From sequence record MZ681930.1: a DNA stretch of 64,000 nucleotides; one strand, given 5' to 3'. This DNA is from Enterobacteria phage phiC600P9. Both the position numbers and the translations under genes were made by a program. Below, piece after piece: positions 8,625 to 18,910 of this stretch (position 1 is the stretch's first letter; each line of letters starts with the position of its first letter). The notes below the pieces were generated by a model that saw only the letters and a list, made by a program, of their open reading frames with translations, made no database searches and was not told the DNA's origin.

Positions 8625-10438
8625 TGGTGTTTAACCCTATGCATGATTTCTTTATTTTTGCCGAGATTAAATCCGCGTTCGTTCGGATTTCCAAGATAAC
8701 CGCATGTTCTTCTTATTGTGTTCATCTTTTTAGGATCAGTTTCTCCACAAATAGAACAAACAAATCCGTTTTCAGTAGGAGTCATTTCATGGGTACTTCC
8801 ACATGTAAAACATTTATCTACTGGCATATTAACACCGAAATAATCTAAATGTTGTGCAGCATAATCCCATACAGCCTCAAGACCTTTTAGGTTATTTTTC
8901 ATATCAGGAAGTTCAACATAAGAAATGTGACCACCTGTCGCAATGAAATGATACGGAGCTTCGCGAGAAATCTTTTCAAACGGTGTAATATTTTCTTCTA
9001 CTGAAACGTGGAAACTGTTAGTATACCAGCCTTTATCGGTAACATCTTTTACACTTCCATATTTTTCGGTATCAAGTTTACAGAAGCGATAGCACAGGTT
9101 TTCAGCAGGAGTAGAATACAAACTAAAAGCAAAACCAGTTCTTTCAGTCCACTGCTTAAGACGAGCATTCATTTTAGTCAAAATTTCTTGCCCAATATCA
9201 CGACCGACAAGAATATTCAATTCGTGAATACCAATGTATCCTAAGGACACTGAACTTCTACCGTTTTTAAATAACTCAATTATATCGTCATCAGGTTTAA
9301 GACGAACCCCGAATGCACCTTCTTGATAAAGAATAGGAGCAACAGTCGCTTTAACTCCTTTTAAGGAACTGATTCTACACATCAAAGCTTCAAAACATAA
9401 ATCCATTCGTTCATTGAACAATTCGGCAAATTTCTGTTCATTGAACTGTGTTCCAATATAAGAATCTAACGCAATTCGAGGAAGATTCAGTGTTACAACA
9501 CCAAGATTATTACGTCCATCAAGAATTTCATTACCAGTCGAATCTTTCCATACGCCCAAGAAACTACGACAACCCATTGGAGAAACAGGAATAGATGAAC
9601 CAGTGATAGCTTTATTGTTCTTAGCCGAAATGATGTCAGGATACATTCTTTTGCTTGCACACTCTAGAGCAAGCTGCTTAATATCATAGTTCGGATCGTC
9701 TTTATAAAGATTAACACCTTCTTCAACGAACATAACAAGTTTAGGGAAAATAGGAGTTATCCCGTCACGACCGAGACCTTTAATACGATTTTTCAGAATT
9801 GCTTTCTGAATCATTCGTTCAGTCCAGTCAGTTCCCGTACCAAATGTAATTGTTACAAAAGGCGTTTGCCCGTTTGAACTAAAGAGAGTATTTACTTCAT
9901 ATTCATAAGCTTGAAATGCATCGTATACGTCTTTTTCTGTTTTAGATTGAGCATAATTCAACGCATCGGCGATTTGCCATTTTTCTGCATCTTCAATATG
10001 TTTTGCATAGGTGCGTTTAACATAAGGAGAAAGTACTTTATCTACATTAGCAAAAGTCGTTCCGCCATATTGATGGGAAGCAACTTGCGCAGTAATTTGT
10101 GCCATAATTGCAGTAGCAACGCCAATTGATTTAGGAGTTTCAATCTGTGCATTACCAAGCTTAAATCCGTTCTCAAGCATTCCTTTTAAATCTACTAAAC
10201 AACAATTAGTAAATGGAAGAGCAGGGGAATAATCAATATCATGGAAATGAATAATTCCGCTTTCATGCGCTTTCATAATAAAAGACGGGACCATATTTTT
10301 GGCAATGTGTTTAGACACAATACCAGCCATAAGGTCCCGTTGAGTTGGAAAAACACGAGAATCTTTATTAGCATTCTCGTTTAAAAGGTCTTTATTAGTT
10401 TTATGAATCAATCCTTCAATTTCTTTTTCAATTGTCAT
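8621..10438 (-). CDS. nrdD: Anaerobic ribonucleoside-triphosphate reductase
   Basis: 605 aa uninterrupted; C-terminal glycyl-radical motif RRTCGYLG and Cys-rich zinc ribbon; ATG verified. Confidence 0.95.
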   Translation of the reverse strand: MTIEKEIEGLIHKTNKDLLNENANKDSRVFPTQRDLMAGIVSKHIAKNMVPSFIMKAHESGIIHFHDIDYSPALPFTNCCLVDLKGMLENGFKLGNAQIETPKSIGVATAIMAQITAQVASHQYGGTTFANVDKVLSPYVKRTYAKHIEDAEKWQIADALNYAQSKTEKDVYDAFQAYEYEVNTLFSSNGQTPFVTITFGTGTDWTERMIQKAILKNRIKGLGRDGITPIFPKLVMFVEEGVNLYKDDPNYDIKQLALECASKRMYPDIISAKNNKAITGSSIPVSPMGCRSFLGVWKDSTGNEILDGRNNLGVVTLNLPRIALDSYIGTQFNEQKFAELFNERMDLCFEALMCRISSLKGVKATVAPILYQEGAFGVRLKPDDDIIELFKNGRSSVSLGYIGIHELNILVGRDIGQEILTKMNARLKQWTERTGFAFSLYSTPAENLCYRFCKLDTEKYGSVKDVTDKGWYTNSFHVSVEENITPFEKISREAPYHFIATGGHISYVELPDMKNNLKGLEAVWDYAAQHLDYFGVNMPVDKCFTCGSTHEMTPTENGFVCSICGETDPKKMNTIRRTCGYLGNPNERGFNLGKNKEIMHRVKHQ

Positions 10439-10908
10439 TTTAAACTCTTTCTAAGCTGCTTCTTAAATGAAGCTATTAATTGTGTTTTGGTGTCAGATTC
10501 ATTATATTCAAATCCTCTTTGAAGCATCTCAGCCATCATTTCCTCTTTTCCTAAACGAGAAAATTCCTTTGATTTATCTCCAACGAAGTTAGGGTGAATA
10601 TTATTTTGGGTGTAATCGGATTTTAAATAAGTAAGTAAATTTTCTAACCATTCAAGATAATCAACACCTTGTCCCTTTAAGCCAGAACGATTAAATTTAT
10701 GCTTCATTTGACCTTCTGCAGCATTACAGAGATTACACAGCAACCCACGTACCTTTCCTGCTTTCGGTCCATTTAATTCATGGTCATGGTCAAGATGATT
10801 AGCTTGAACATCAGGATTTAATTCTCGTTGGCAAATTAAGCATTTACCGTTTTGTGCATCATAAAATTTTTGTTTTTCTTCTTTGTACAATTTGCCAGTC
10901 AATAACAT
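10435..10908 (-). CDS. 49: Endonuclease VII (Holliday junction resolvase)
   Basis: 157 aa; N-terminal zinc-binding Cys cluster (CLICQ ... CNLCN); matches T4 gp49 by length and sequence memory. Confidence 0.9.
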   Translation of the reverse strand: MLLTGKLYKEEKQKFYDAQNGKCLICQRELNPDVQANHLDHDHELNGPKAGKVRGLLCNLCNAAEGQMKHKFNRSGLKGQGVDYLEWLENLLTYLKSDYTQNNIHPNFVGDKSKEFSRLGKEEMMAEMLQRGFEYNESDTKTQLIASFKKQLRKSLK

Positions 10909-10957
10909 AATAAAACCCTTACCTTGAATAGATAAGGGTATTTATTATTTTCAAGTA

Positions 10958-11404
10958 TTAAAACGCTCGGTCAGAAAAAGAAATTTGAGTTTCAAGCCAT
11001 TCAATATATTCTGCCGCAGCTTGCATTAAATTTCCTTCATAGCCATCGTTGTTTTCTTGCGCAGCTAATTTAGCTAATGCATATGAAATGCGTTCACCTT
11101 GAAAAGCGGCTTTAGGTTTATGAATAGCTTGATCAACTCGTTCTACAACTTCTTCAATCTCGCCATTTTCTACTGATTCATTATTCCACAAGCACCAATA
11201 CGTAATTGGCTTATCATAGATGTTAATAATCTTTCCATCAGAAAGTTCAATTTCAATAATTCCAGTATCAGGTTCTATATCATCTTCGCATTCTTTTGCG
11301 AGTTCACGAACTTTAAAGACAGTACCTGCACTAAGTTCTGGCCAATAATTACATAGCCCTTTATCAGCACGATTAATTCTAAACCACTTATCTACTGTAA
11401 TCAT
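10958..11404 (-). CDS. Hypothetical acidic protein
   Basis: Track start 11422 is TTG; first ATG at 11404 has SD GGAG; 148 aa. Confidence 0.5.
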   Translation of the reverse strand: MITVDKWFRINRADKGLCNYWPELSAGTVFKVRELAKECEDDIEPDTGIIEIELSDGKIINIYDKPITYWCLWNNESVENGEIEEVVERVDQAIHKPKAAFQGERISYALAKLAAQENNDGYEGNLMQAAAEYIEWLETQISFSDRAF

Positions 11405-11527
11405 GTCCCATCTCCATATCAATTAAGTCATTTATCGTAGGTTCATTATATACTGTTTCTTCATCAGTGTAAACCGGTTCTTCCGGCTCTGGCTCTACTG
11501 TTTCCCATCTAGCCGCCCACCAAGGTT

Positions 11528-11848
11528 TTATAGCGTAATCCATTCTCGTATTGTCTGAGTTACTACACGTTCACGGGGCTCGACTAGTTCAACAGTCGGA
11601 ACTGCATAATACCAGTCAGAATGGTAAGAACCTGAGCGAGATTCATTTACAGACACATGAACGTTATGTTTTGGACTAAAATAAACGCACTGCCGATATT
11701 GGCATTTGCCATCTTGTACCCAATCTTCTATTTCGACAGGTTTAAGATAATCCGAAAAATCGAAATCATAATTTTCTGAAAATGCATCATGGTCTTCGAT
11801 GATTTCACTCAGAACTGCATCAACATCTAATTTATTTTCAATAGTCAT
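11528..11848 (-). CDS. Hypothetical protein
   Basis: Track ORF, 106 aa; ATG verified. Confidence 0.5.
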   Translation of the reverse strand: MTIENKLDVDAVLSEIIEDHDAFSENYDFDFSDYLKPVEIEDWVQDGKCQYRQCVYFSPKHNVHVSVNESRSGSYHSDWYYAVPTVELVEPRERVVTQTIREWITL

Positions 11849-11858
11849 TTGTCACCAA

Positions 11859-12068
11859 TTAATTTCGCAATTTATTAAGTTCTTCATAATCAATCCAGGA
11901 TTCTAATCCTGATGGCAAATCAGATTCAATTTCCCAAAGAAGCTCTTCAATTTTCTGAAGACGATCTAATTCTTCGGCTGGAATAGTAACCATTGACGGA
12001 GTTCTTGATACACTAATATCGTAAATCATATTTACCCCAGTTTGACCATGCAATCGCCATATTTCCAT
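11859..12068 (-). CDS. Hypothetical protein
   Basis: Track ORF, 69 aa; overlaps the upstream ORF by 37 nt, alternative ATG at 12029. Confidence 0.4.
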   Translation of the reverse strand: MEIWRLHGQTGVNMIYDISVSRTPSMVTIPAEELDRLQKIEELLWEIESDLPSGLESWIDYEELNKLRN

Positions 12069-12247
12069 TTAGAAATAGACTTTTCACCGTTAGAATAATA
12101 AACTTCGAGTTTAGCACGATTATTTTTAATTTGAATAACCTTTGCTGTCATCAAAGTTCCATACCCGTAATAAACTGCAACCTCATCACCCACATATACC
12201 GCGCTTCCGCGGTAGTCATGGATATAATCAGTTCCTTCGAGCATCAT
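12032..12247 (-). CDS. Hypothetical protein
   Basis: Track ORF, 71 aa. Confidence 0.45.
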   Translation of the reverse strand: MMLEGTDYIHDYRGSAVYVGDEVAVYYGYGTLMTAKVIQIKNNRAKLEVYYSNGEKSISKWKYGDCMVKLG

Positions 12248-12507
12248 TTAAAGTATTCCCGCAATTGGTCAAATCCACCAATATGACTTCCATCAGGAGC
12301 AAATACTTGTGGCATCGTCAGTCCAATTTGAGTATCACGACCCAGTTTAGTTAGAAGCTCAGCGATTTTCTCATCATCAAAAACACCTTTTTCCGGCATA
12401 ATGTTGATAAATTCAAACGGCTGTTTCTTCACAGTCAAGAGACGTTTTGCATTATCGCAATACACGCATTTATGGATGCTGCTATCATAACCATATACTT
12501 TAAACAT
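12244..12507 (-). CDS. nrdC: Thioredoxin/glutaredoxin
   Basis: 87 aa; CVYC active site; matches T4 NrdC in length and sequence memory. Confidence 0.88.
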   Translation of the reverse strand: MFKVYGYDSSIHKCVYCDNAKRLLTVKKQPFEFINIMPEKGVFDDEKIAELLTKLGRDTQIGLTMPQVFAPDGSHIGGFDQLREYFK

Positions 12508-12508
12508 A

Positions 12509-12751
12509 TTATTCCTTAATTCCTAGTACTTGTTTAAAAGTCTCGTCATAATCAAGACTTTGGCCAGTTTGTTCTTTATGTTTGTATATAATATCACTTA
12601 CTTCTGATAGCATATTTTTATATGAACGAGTTAAAGCAGATTTAAGCACGCTGTATCTATCAGGAAATTTACCATGTTCATTATAATAAGCTATTGCTAA
12701 TTCACGGACTGCCTTTTCAGCAGTCTCCATATATTCTTTACGCTTGGTCAT
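12509..12751 (-). CDS. Hypothetical protein
   Basis: Track ORF 12509..12799; start moved to an internal ATG to reduce overlap; start uncertain. Confidence 0.4.
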
Positions 12752-13055
12752 TTTCTTCTCGGTTAAATCGGTGTTTGCAATGACGACATTTATATTCAAG
12801 CTCTGGTTTACGCCAGTTAATCAATTGGACCTGTTCAGTACCACATTTTGGGCAGTTCGGAACATTCTTAGAAGCCCTTTCGCGGCGTTCAACCATAACC
12901 ATAATGGCATCCCAAGCAGGAGGTTTAAAGTCTAGATCGTCACAGCCATGAATCTTTCCACGCATTTCCAGATCGTCTTCTTCACCAGCCATAATGATTT
13001 TAATTAGACTGGAATTACTTGAAGCTGCAATATCTTCTAATAGACGCTTTTTCAT
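12738..13055 (-). CDS. Zinc-ribbon protein
   Basis: 105 aa; CPKC ... CRHC four-Cys ribbon near C-terminus. Confidence 0.5.
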
Positions 13056-13978
13056 TTCAATACCTCAATAGCATTACGTAAACCATTTGCTTTTGCATTA
13101 AGAGCTTTTAACAATTTGGTATGTTCGGCAATCTGGACTTCAACTTCAATCAAACGAGCATTGAGATATTCACGTTCTTCGCTCAAGTTATCAATCTTTT
13201 CTACTTTAGGTTCTTTTACAACTGGCTTATATGTATTAGGGTTCTTCAGTTTAATTAGAATGCGTGAACTGTATAACATTGAACCATTATCTTCGGTTTC
13301 GTCATACATTTCCACTACGTCCATCATCTCCACCATCGTGCAGAGTTTATAAGACAACGAACGAATAGTTTTGTTGTGCTTATTAATTTCTCTAGCTGTC
13401 ATGGTGCCGAGATTACGTGAGTAATAATAAGGAACCTGGATATTAATTAATACTGATGAACCACCCGGCTTGTGTGTTACTTCATCGGCAATAACCCAGT
13501 CCTTAACATGAACTGTATTTGTACGGTCATCGCCCGCGGTAAATAGTTTACGAGCATGCTTAAAAAGCATATTCACTTGGTCATTGAATTGACAAGCGAA
13601 TTTATCAGCAAATTTAGTTTCAGGAATGGTAGATAACCAATCAGCCAAATGAGTCTTTTTAACATCGTTAACAATAGTAAATTCAACCAAATCGGTTATA
13701 GATGTCGCAGATTTAATGAAGCTCGGCTTCATAAAGTTTTTAATGTTATCACTAGCTACAGTAGAAGATAACAGACGAGAACGTTTAAACCATTCAAGCA
13801 AATTGCCTAACGAATGAGAATAAGCGTTTTGAGTATCTTTACAGATATGATTTTCCTGGCCAACATATTGAAGGAAATCGCGAAGAATATTATTGATTAC
13901 TGCTCTGTGCCCGATCTGATAATTACGATGTTTAGTAATAAGACTGTCAAAATAATCAATATAATGTTTACGAGTCAT
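13052..13978 (-). CDS. Hypothetical protein with C-terminal coiled coil
   Basis: Start moved to ATG 13978 (SD GAGGAG), which lies downstream of the adjacent early promoter start site; 308 aa. Confidence 0.5.
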   Translation of the reverse strand: MTRKHYIDYFDSLITKHRNYQIGHRAVINNILRDFLQYVGQENHICKDTQNAYSHSLGNLLEWFKRSRLLSSTVASDNIKNFMKPSFIKSATSITDLVEFTIVNDVKKTHLADWLSTIPETKFADKFACQFNDQVNMLFKHARKLFTAGDDRTNTVHVKDWVIADEVTHKPGGSSVLINIQVPYYYSRNLGTMTAREINKHNKTIRSLSYKLCTMVEMMDVVEMYDETEDNGSMLYSSRILIKLKNPNTYKPVVKEPKVEKIDNLSEEREYLNARLIEVEVQIAEHTKLLKALNAKANGLRNAIEVLK

Positions 13979-14006
13979 ATTAATCTCCTCAGTAGAAAGT
14001 AAGAAC

Positions 14007-14036
14007 ATTATACCACATCCTTGTGGTAAAGTAAAC
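14007..14036 (-). promoter_or_regulatory. T4-type early promoter
   Basis: Minus-sense GTTTACT, 17 nt, TGTGGTATAAT. Confidence 0.65.
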
Positions 14037-14494
14037 TAGTTCAGTGCATTTAGTGCATTGTTCAGTTTAGAACGTTGTTTCATAAGATTTTTGACTTTTT
14101 CTTGAGCTTTTTCTAGCATCTTTTCAGCTTCTAACACTTCATTAGTTGCTTTAACCAGTTCATCATCTACTGCTTTAAGAGAATTCTCAATCGCATCTGC
14201 ATGCCATTTTTCAACAGGTTTAAGACTCGGATTTTCAACAGGAAGAAAATTCACTTTATTGAATTTCCATGCATCCTTATTACCTGAACTATACATCCAA
14301 AATTTAGGATCGTTTGATGAGTAATTGGATAAATTTAAATTTAAGTTATCTTGCACTTCTTGCTTTTTCTCTTGCGCGACTTCATCCTTTCTCAAAAAAT
14401 CGTATTTAAATGAAACGATCATATCAAGTTCATATGTTGTTGTGTCTAATAAACGAGGTAAAATCTTAGACTGAACAGCGGCAACAACAGTCAA
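14036..14494 (-). CDS. Hypothetical protein with C-terminal coiled coil
   Basis: Track ORF, 152 aa; track start is TTG without a clear SD; first ATG at 14422. Confidence 0.4.
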   Translation of the reverse strand: MTVVAAVQSKILPRLLDTTTYELDMIVSFKYDFLRKDEVAQEKKQEVQDNLNLNLSNYSSNDPKFWMYSSGNKDAWKFNKVNFLPVENPSLKPVEKWHADAIENSLKAVDDELVKATNEVLEAEKMLEKAQEKVKNLMKQRSKLNNALNALN

Positions 14495-14501
14495 CTGCGA
14501 T

Positions 14502-15032
14502 TTAAGGCATTCGCAAATTGAAAGAGAATTTTTTTGTATTAGGTTTAAAGCTAATTCGTGCAGTTCTGTTATTTTCTTTTAATGGTCTTACTTCCATCTG
14601 AAGAGTATAACCATCAAATTTCAAGTTCTTTAAGTTAATATCAGAACCTTTTAATCGACTCGCAGTTGATAAAATTTGCTTTAATTGTCTACGGAACAGA
14701 GCAATAAATCTCCATTCAATACGATAATGATTTGGATTGAAAAATCCAGATGATAAATCGACCTTACTTTGACCAACGCCTTGAACAAATAAAGGATTTT
14801 TATAATCAATAGTTTTACAGAAATCGGTGAGCTGCTCACGAGCCGTCATTTGTGTAATATACCCTGCTTTACTAAAATTACGCACCCATTCACTGCTATT
14901 CGTATACTTAAAGTGATGAATAACACGATTAACTTTATCAGGGTCTAAATTATTTTCACACAAAAATGTCATAACATCACGAGTATAACTGGCATTACGA
15001 ACCATATCTTCAATTTGAGAACGAGTTTTCAT
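14502..15032 (-). CDS. Hypothetical protein
   Basis: Track ORF, 176 aa; ATG verified. Confidence 0.5.
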   Translation of the reverse strand: MKTRSQIEDMVRNASYTRDVMTFLCENNLDPDKVNRVIHHFKYTNSSEWVRNFSKAGYITQMTAREQLTDFCKTIDYKNPLFVQGVGQSKVDLSSGFFNPNHYRIEWRFIALFRRQLKQILSTASRLKGSDINLKNLKFDGYTLQMEVRPLKENNRTARISFKPNTKKFSFNLRMP

Positions 15033-15040
15033 GGTGTTCC

Positions 15041-15931
15041 TTAAGATTTAAGTAAATCAACAATTTTAATTAACTTTTCACGCTCAGATTTAGCTTTACT
15101 ATTCAGTCCAGATAGTCTGAAAATTTCATCATCATATTGTTGAATAGAAATATTCAGCTCTTCAATTTGCTTATTAAAATAATCAATTTGTTCAGAATGT
15201 TTTTCGTTACTACGAACTGGTACAGGTTTCGTAGGCAATGTAGTTGAACTGGATTCATCCGGGCGATAAATCAAAATGCAATTTGAACCAATCGGGCATT
15301 TAGCACCAGACGTATATTCTAATGTTCCAGCTTCTTTTAAAACTTCAAAAGCTAAACAGAGATGATGCCCCATATTAACATAATATGTAGAGTGAGCTCT
15401 GATGTAATAATCATCTCCACGAATACTAAATTTAAAGCATTTAAGGTCTTCTGTATTATTGGTCTTAAAAATCATTTGTTTATCTAGACCTTTAGCTAAT
15501 CGAGCGCCCAATGCTAATAATCGTCGTTGATTTTCCCACAAATCCGCTATCATTTGATCGAATGATAATTTTGGCATCAGTCGACCATAAAGGTCATATC
15601 CTTTATTATAATTACGAAGGATTTCACTCGCGTTAATACGAGACAATGCTCCAATTTTATTAAGGGCTTTCATAATGCGATTAGATAAACTCATTCCAGA
15701 CCCATTTGTTCGATGTAGATGTTTTTCTAATCCAAATCCAATATCAACTTTAAACTTATCTAAAATTTCGGCATGAACATCTCTGTCAATAACATTCAAA
15801 TTCAGAGTTGAGTTAAATCTATGAAAAAATTTATCTGGCTCTCCACGGCGAAATACAGTCCATTCATTCATCATTTTTTTATTAACTAAAGATTTAATTA
15901 CTGCATTGACATTATTAATTACTACTGACAT
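15041..15931 (-). CDS. Hypothetical protein with C-terminal coiled coil
   Basis: Track start 15967 is GTG; ATG 15931 has SD GAGGAAAA and avoids overlap with the upstream ORF; 296 aa. Confidence 0.5.
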   Translation of the reverse strand: MSVVINNVNAVIKSLVNKKMMNEWTVFRRGEPDKFFHRFNSTLNLNVIDRDVHAEILDKFKVDIGFGLEKHLHRTNGSGMSLSNRIMKALNKIGALSRINASEILRNYNKGYDLYGRLMPKLSFDQMIADLWENQRRLLALGARLAKGLDKQMIFKTNNTEDLKCFKFSIRGDDYYIRAHSTYYVNMGHHLCLAFEVLKEAGTLEYTSGAKCPIGSNCILIYRPDESSSTTLPTKPVPVRSNEKHSEQIDYFNKQIEELNISIQQYDDEIFRLSGLNSKAKSEREKLIKIVDLLKS

Positions 15932-15938
15932 ATTTTCC

Positions 15939-16346
15939 TCACTCAATTTCAATTTTACTAAATACACAGAATATGATTGAACAGACTACATAAGCGCCAC
16001 ACACGGATTGAACTAATACCATCCCAAAGAACCAAACAATATTATCAAACAGTGTCTGTTTTACGTCGAAAGGACGTAAACTTACAGTAATATTATCACC
16101 TTTTTCTATTGAAGAATACATCTCTGGGGAAATATATTCACTAAATCTATAACCGTCTTTAAGTTCATATACGGCAATAAACGATAAACTAGACCCTTTT
16201 CCTTGTGTTCCTGTAATGGTATTAACTACAGTAACATCATAATCTTTATAATGCATATAATCATTAATTGCGTAATAACCGTATGCAACTACTACACATA
16301 AACAACATATCAATAAATTCAATCTTTTAATTATCAACTGTTTCAT
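15939..16346 (-). CDS. Membrane protein
   Basis: 135 aa with N- and C-terminal hydrophobic segments. Confidence 0.5.
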   Translation of the reverse strand: MKQLIIKRLNLLICCLCVVVAYGYYAINDYMHYKDYDVTVVNTITGTQGKGSSLSFIAVYELKDGYRFSEYISPEMYSSIEKGDNITVSLRPFDVKQTLFDNIVWFFGMVLVQSVCGAYVVCSIIFCVFSKIEIE

Positions 16347-16401
16347 AATAATCTCAATTAAAAGGGCTTAGAACCATTATACCATCCTTGGTATAAAGCG
16401 G

Positions 16402-16929
16402 TTATGCGAGTACCGTCTTTAACCGTTCTTCAAACTTCCGAAGAGTATTTTGGCGTTCAGCTCTTTGCTTTTTGTAAGTTTCAATACGCTCTGAAATGAG
16501 AGTGTATCGTTCATTTACTGATTCTTTCATAAAATCAGGAATTTCACGAGAAGCTTTAATCTCGTCAAATTTATCAATAACAGCTTGCTCTTCAGCAATT
16601 AAGTTATCATACATTAAAATATCTTTCTTGATGAACTCAATATCTTCTCGAGTTACACGAGATAATTTAGATGCTTTATCCTTTTTGTACTGTTCGTTAG
16701 TATCACGAGACCAGTGTAATGTACGATTTTTATTCGTATTTTTGTAAATTTCGACAATACCAATCTCATCAATAATAACGATCCAATTCCAACGGGATTT
16801 GTAAATTTGTCCTCCATCAACTGTGATTTCACCTCCGATTGAGATGTCATTAAAGAACTTGCTTTGTGCTTCAGATTTAAATTTACCATCGTTGTAATTT
16901 ACCAAGTTGAAAATATCTTTAGCATTCAT
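16402..16929 (-). CDS. Hypothetical protein
   Basis: Track ORF, 175 aa; ATG verified; early promoter 30 nt upstream. Confidence 0.55.
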   Translation of the reverse strand: MNAKDIFNLVNYNDGKFKSEAQSKFFNDISIGGEITVDGGQIYKSRWNWIVIIDEIGIVEIYKNTNKNRTLHWSRDTNEQYKKDKASKLSRVTREDIEFIKKDILMYDNLIAEEQAVIDKFDEIKASREIPDFMKESVNERYTLISERIETYKKQRAERQNTLRKFEERLKTVLA

Positions 16930-16957
16930 TTTGTGTTCCTCCGTAGTTGATAGTTGT

Positions 16958-16987
16958 ATAGTACCACAGAGGAACAGTCTTGTAAAC
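16958..16987 (-). promoter_or_regulatory. T4-type early promoter
   Basis: Minus-sense GTTTACA, 17 nt, TGTGGTACTAT. Confidence 0.6.
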
Positions 16988-16989
16988 CA

Positions 16990-17304
16990 CTAAAAGAAAC
17001 TTCTTTCACAATTTTTTCCACTGAACCATGCGCTTACTGCTTTCTTAGTCTCAGGAGCAGTGTTATCCATAAACCATTCAAAGGCAGCCTTTTTATGATT
17101 CTGGAGGGCTTCTCGGGCTTTAATCTGCTCACGGTCTATTAACACTAACATATGAGCCTTTCTTGTCACCAGGGGCTTCTTATGATTTTTTGAATATTCC
17201 CAATCATTTGTCCATCGCATCGTTGTTGCGAACTGAAATACTGCTTCTTTAATTTTAGTTTCGTAAATTTCACGAGCCTTTGAGTATAACATCATTACCT
17301 CCAT
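16990..17304 (-). CDS. Hypothetical protein
   Basis: Track ORF, 104 aa. Confidence 0.5.
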   Translation of the reverse strand: MEVMMLYSKAREIYETKIKEAVFQFATTMRWTNDWEYSKNHKKPLVTRKAHMLVLIDREQIKAREALQNHKKAAFEWFMDNTAPETKKAVSAWFSGKNCERSFF

Positions 17305-17394
17305 TTACCAGTTTAATTCTAGTCATCTTTTTAACGGCAGTCCATATAATCTATTTCTGAACTGCCTTTTTGTCTTAGAAGGCCTCTTATGAAT

Positions 17395-18363
17395 TTATTT
17401 CAGAAGAGTAACCTCAGCGATTTCTTGCCAACCGTTTTTGTCGGTCATAATAAAGTCAGCAAGATACAGAGCAGTACGCAGTGAAACATTGCGTAAACGA
17501 TTAACATTGACTTTCATCCATGATAATGCTTTATAAGTTTCTTCATCAGAAAGACCGCGCTTTTGCATCATGTCGGTTGAAAGAATAACATCTTCAACCC
17601 TGACCATAATTTCTTCATTAGTGTGAACACCCAAATCCAAATAAACTGAGCGGGACACTAATGCTTGTAAATGTGGAGCAAGTTTAGTACCACGGTCTAA
17701 TTCGCGGTCAATGTCAACGTTTGTGATAAAAACAATCGTTCCTTTAAATTCAAACTCACGCTCAATGCCTTTTTCTTCTAAGTAAGAAGATGCGGTGCTC
17801 CAGCAGACTTTACGGGTCTCTCCAGTGTCCAGAGCAGCTTTCAGAAGATTAAGAATGTCCATATCAGAGAAAACATCCACATCATCAATCAAAAGGACAG
17901 AATTCTCTTCACGATTATTCCAAAGCTGTTCATAAAGACCGATACCAGAGATTTTACCATTAATGCTTTTATATTCAATGTATCCATTATCATTTGCTTT
18001 ATTCAAAGCTTTATCTAAAGAATACGTTTTACCAATACCCGCCGCACCAGAGATAATTAATGAACGAATATTTCCGTTAATAATACCATTCGTCATCATT
18101 CCCATAACATTAAATCTTTTATTAATGCGGGTTTTCATATCTTCATATGATTCTTTAACTTCTTCAACTTTTACACCATCATATGAAATGTCTGATTTGT
18201 AAACCCAAACACCGCGACGCTTACCGTCAATTTCAACAAAAACTTTACCATCTCCTTGTGCATCTACCGGAGCATTATCTGGGAACCATTCACCTAAGAG
18301 CTCAAAAGTTCCAGAGATTTCTTTACCGAAGTAGATACCCTTATTGATAGTTACAGTTTTCAT
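17395..18363 (-). CDS. P-loop ATPase (AAA-like)
   Basis: Walker A GAAGIGKT and Walker B VLLIDDVD; track start 18375 is TTG, ATG 18363 has SD GGAG; 322 aa. Confidence 0.6.
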   Translation of the reverse strand: MKTVTINKGIYFGKEISGTFELLGEWFPDNAPVDAQGDGKVFVEIDGKRRGVWVYKSDISYDGVKVEEVKESYEDMKTRINKRFNVMGMMTNGIINGNIRSLIISGAAGIGKTYSLDKALNKANDNGYIEYKSINGKISGIGLYEQLWNNREENSVLLIDDVDVFSDMDILNLLKAALDTGETRKVCWSTASSYLEEKGIEREFEFKGTIVFITNVDIDRELDRGTKLAPHLQALVSRSVYLDLGVHTNEEIMVRVEDVILSTDMMQKRGLSDEETYKALSWMKVNVNRLRNVSLRTALYLADFIMTDKNGWQEIAEVTLLK

Positions 18364-18399
18364 TTTATTCTCCAATTTTACATTTGTTTTGATAGGGTA

Positions 18400-18429
18400 A
18401 TAGTATCACACTACTACCCTGCTGTAAAC
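18400..18429 (-). promoter_or_regulatory. T4-type early promoter
   Basis: Minus-sense GTTTACA, 17 nt, TGTGATACTAT. Confidence 0.6.
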
Positions 18430-18432
18430 AAT

Positions 18433-18696
18433 TTATTTTAATGTTTGCCAAATTTTTACTGCTTCGCGACGAGATACTTCTACGGCGCCAAGTTCTATAG
18501 CTTTTTGGCGTCGCCGAGCGTGTAAGTCATAATGTTTAATGCGTTTATCTTGAAACCAAGAACGTTTCATTCCTATTGCTTCTGCCATTTCGTGAAGCTC
18601 TTCAATATCTCCATCAGTGAACATATGACAATTTTTAGTTGGATGACCGCGAAGTTTCCATCCATGATTCATTAAAACATCTACGTAAACTGTCAT
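18433..18696 (-). CDS. Hypothetical protein
   Basis: Track ORF, 87 aa; ATG verified. Confidence 0.5.
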   Translation of the reverse strand: MTVYVDVLMNHGWKLRGHPTKNCHMFTDGDIEELHEMAEAIGMKRSWFQDKRIKHYDLHARRRQKAIELGAVEVSRREAVKIWQTLK

Positions 18697-18842
18697 TGAT
18701 TCTTCTCCAAATAAGTTTCGATAATTTTCTGGGCGAGATAAACCGCGTTATCTTCAGTTGCGTCTTCTAAGAAACTTTCAAAACACTCTGAAATTTCTTC
18801 TGTATCAATCAACTTTTTTACTTCAATTGGTGTAATTTTCAT
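18693..18842 (-). CDS. Hypothetical small acidic protein (49 aa)
   Basis: Below the track length cut-off; ATG 18842, stop TGA overlapping the next ATG (ATGA); translation MKITPIEVKKLIDTEEISECFESF... Confidence 0.35.
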   Translation of the reverse strand: MKITPIEVKKLIDTEEISECFESFLEDATEDNAVYLAQKIIETYLEKNQ

Positions 18843-18890
18843 TTTGTTTTCCGTTTAAGTGTTTGTTTTGATAGTTGTATAGTACCATAA

Positions 18891-18908
18891 GGGAGCCCGA
18901 AGGCTCCC
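18891..18908 (-). terminator. Stem-loop (GGGAGCC-UUCG-GGCUCCC)
   Basis: Perfect 7-bp stem with tetraloop immediately after the stop of ORF 18911..19924; a -10-like TGGTACTAT element follows. Confidence 0.45.
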
Positions 18909-18910
18909 TA

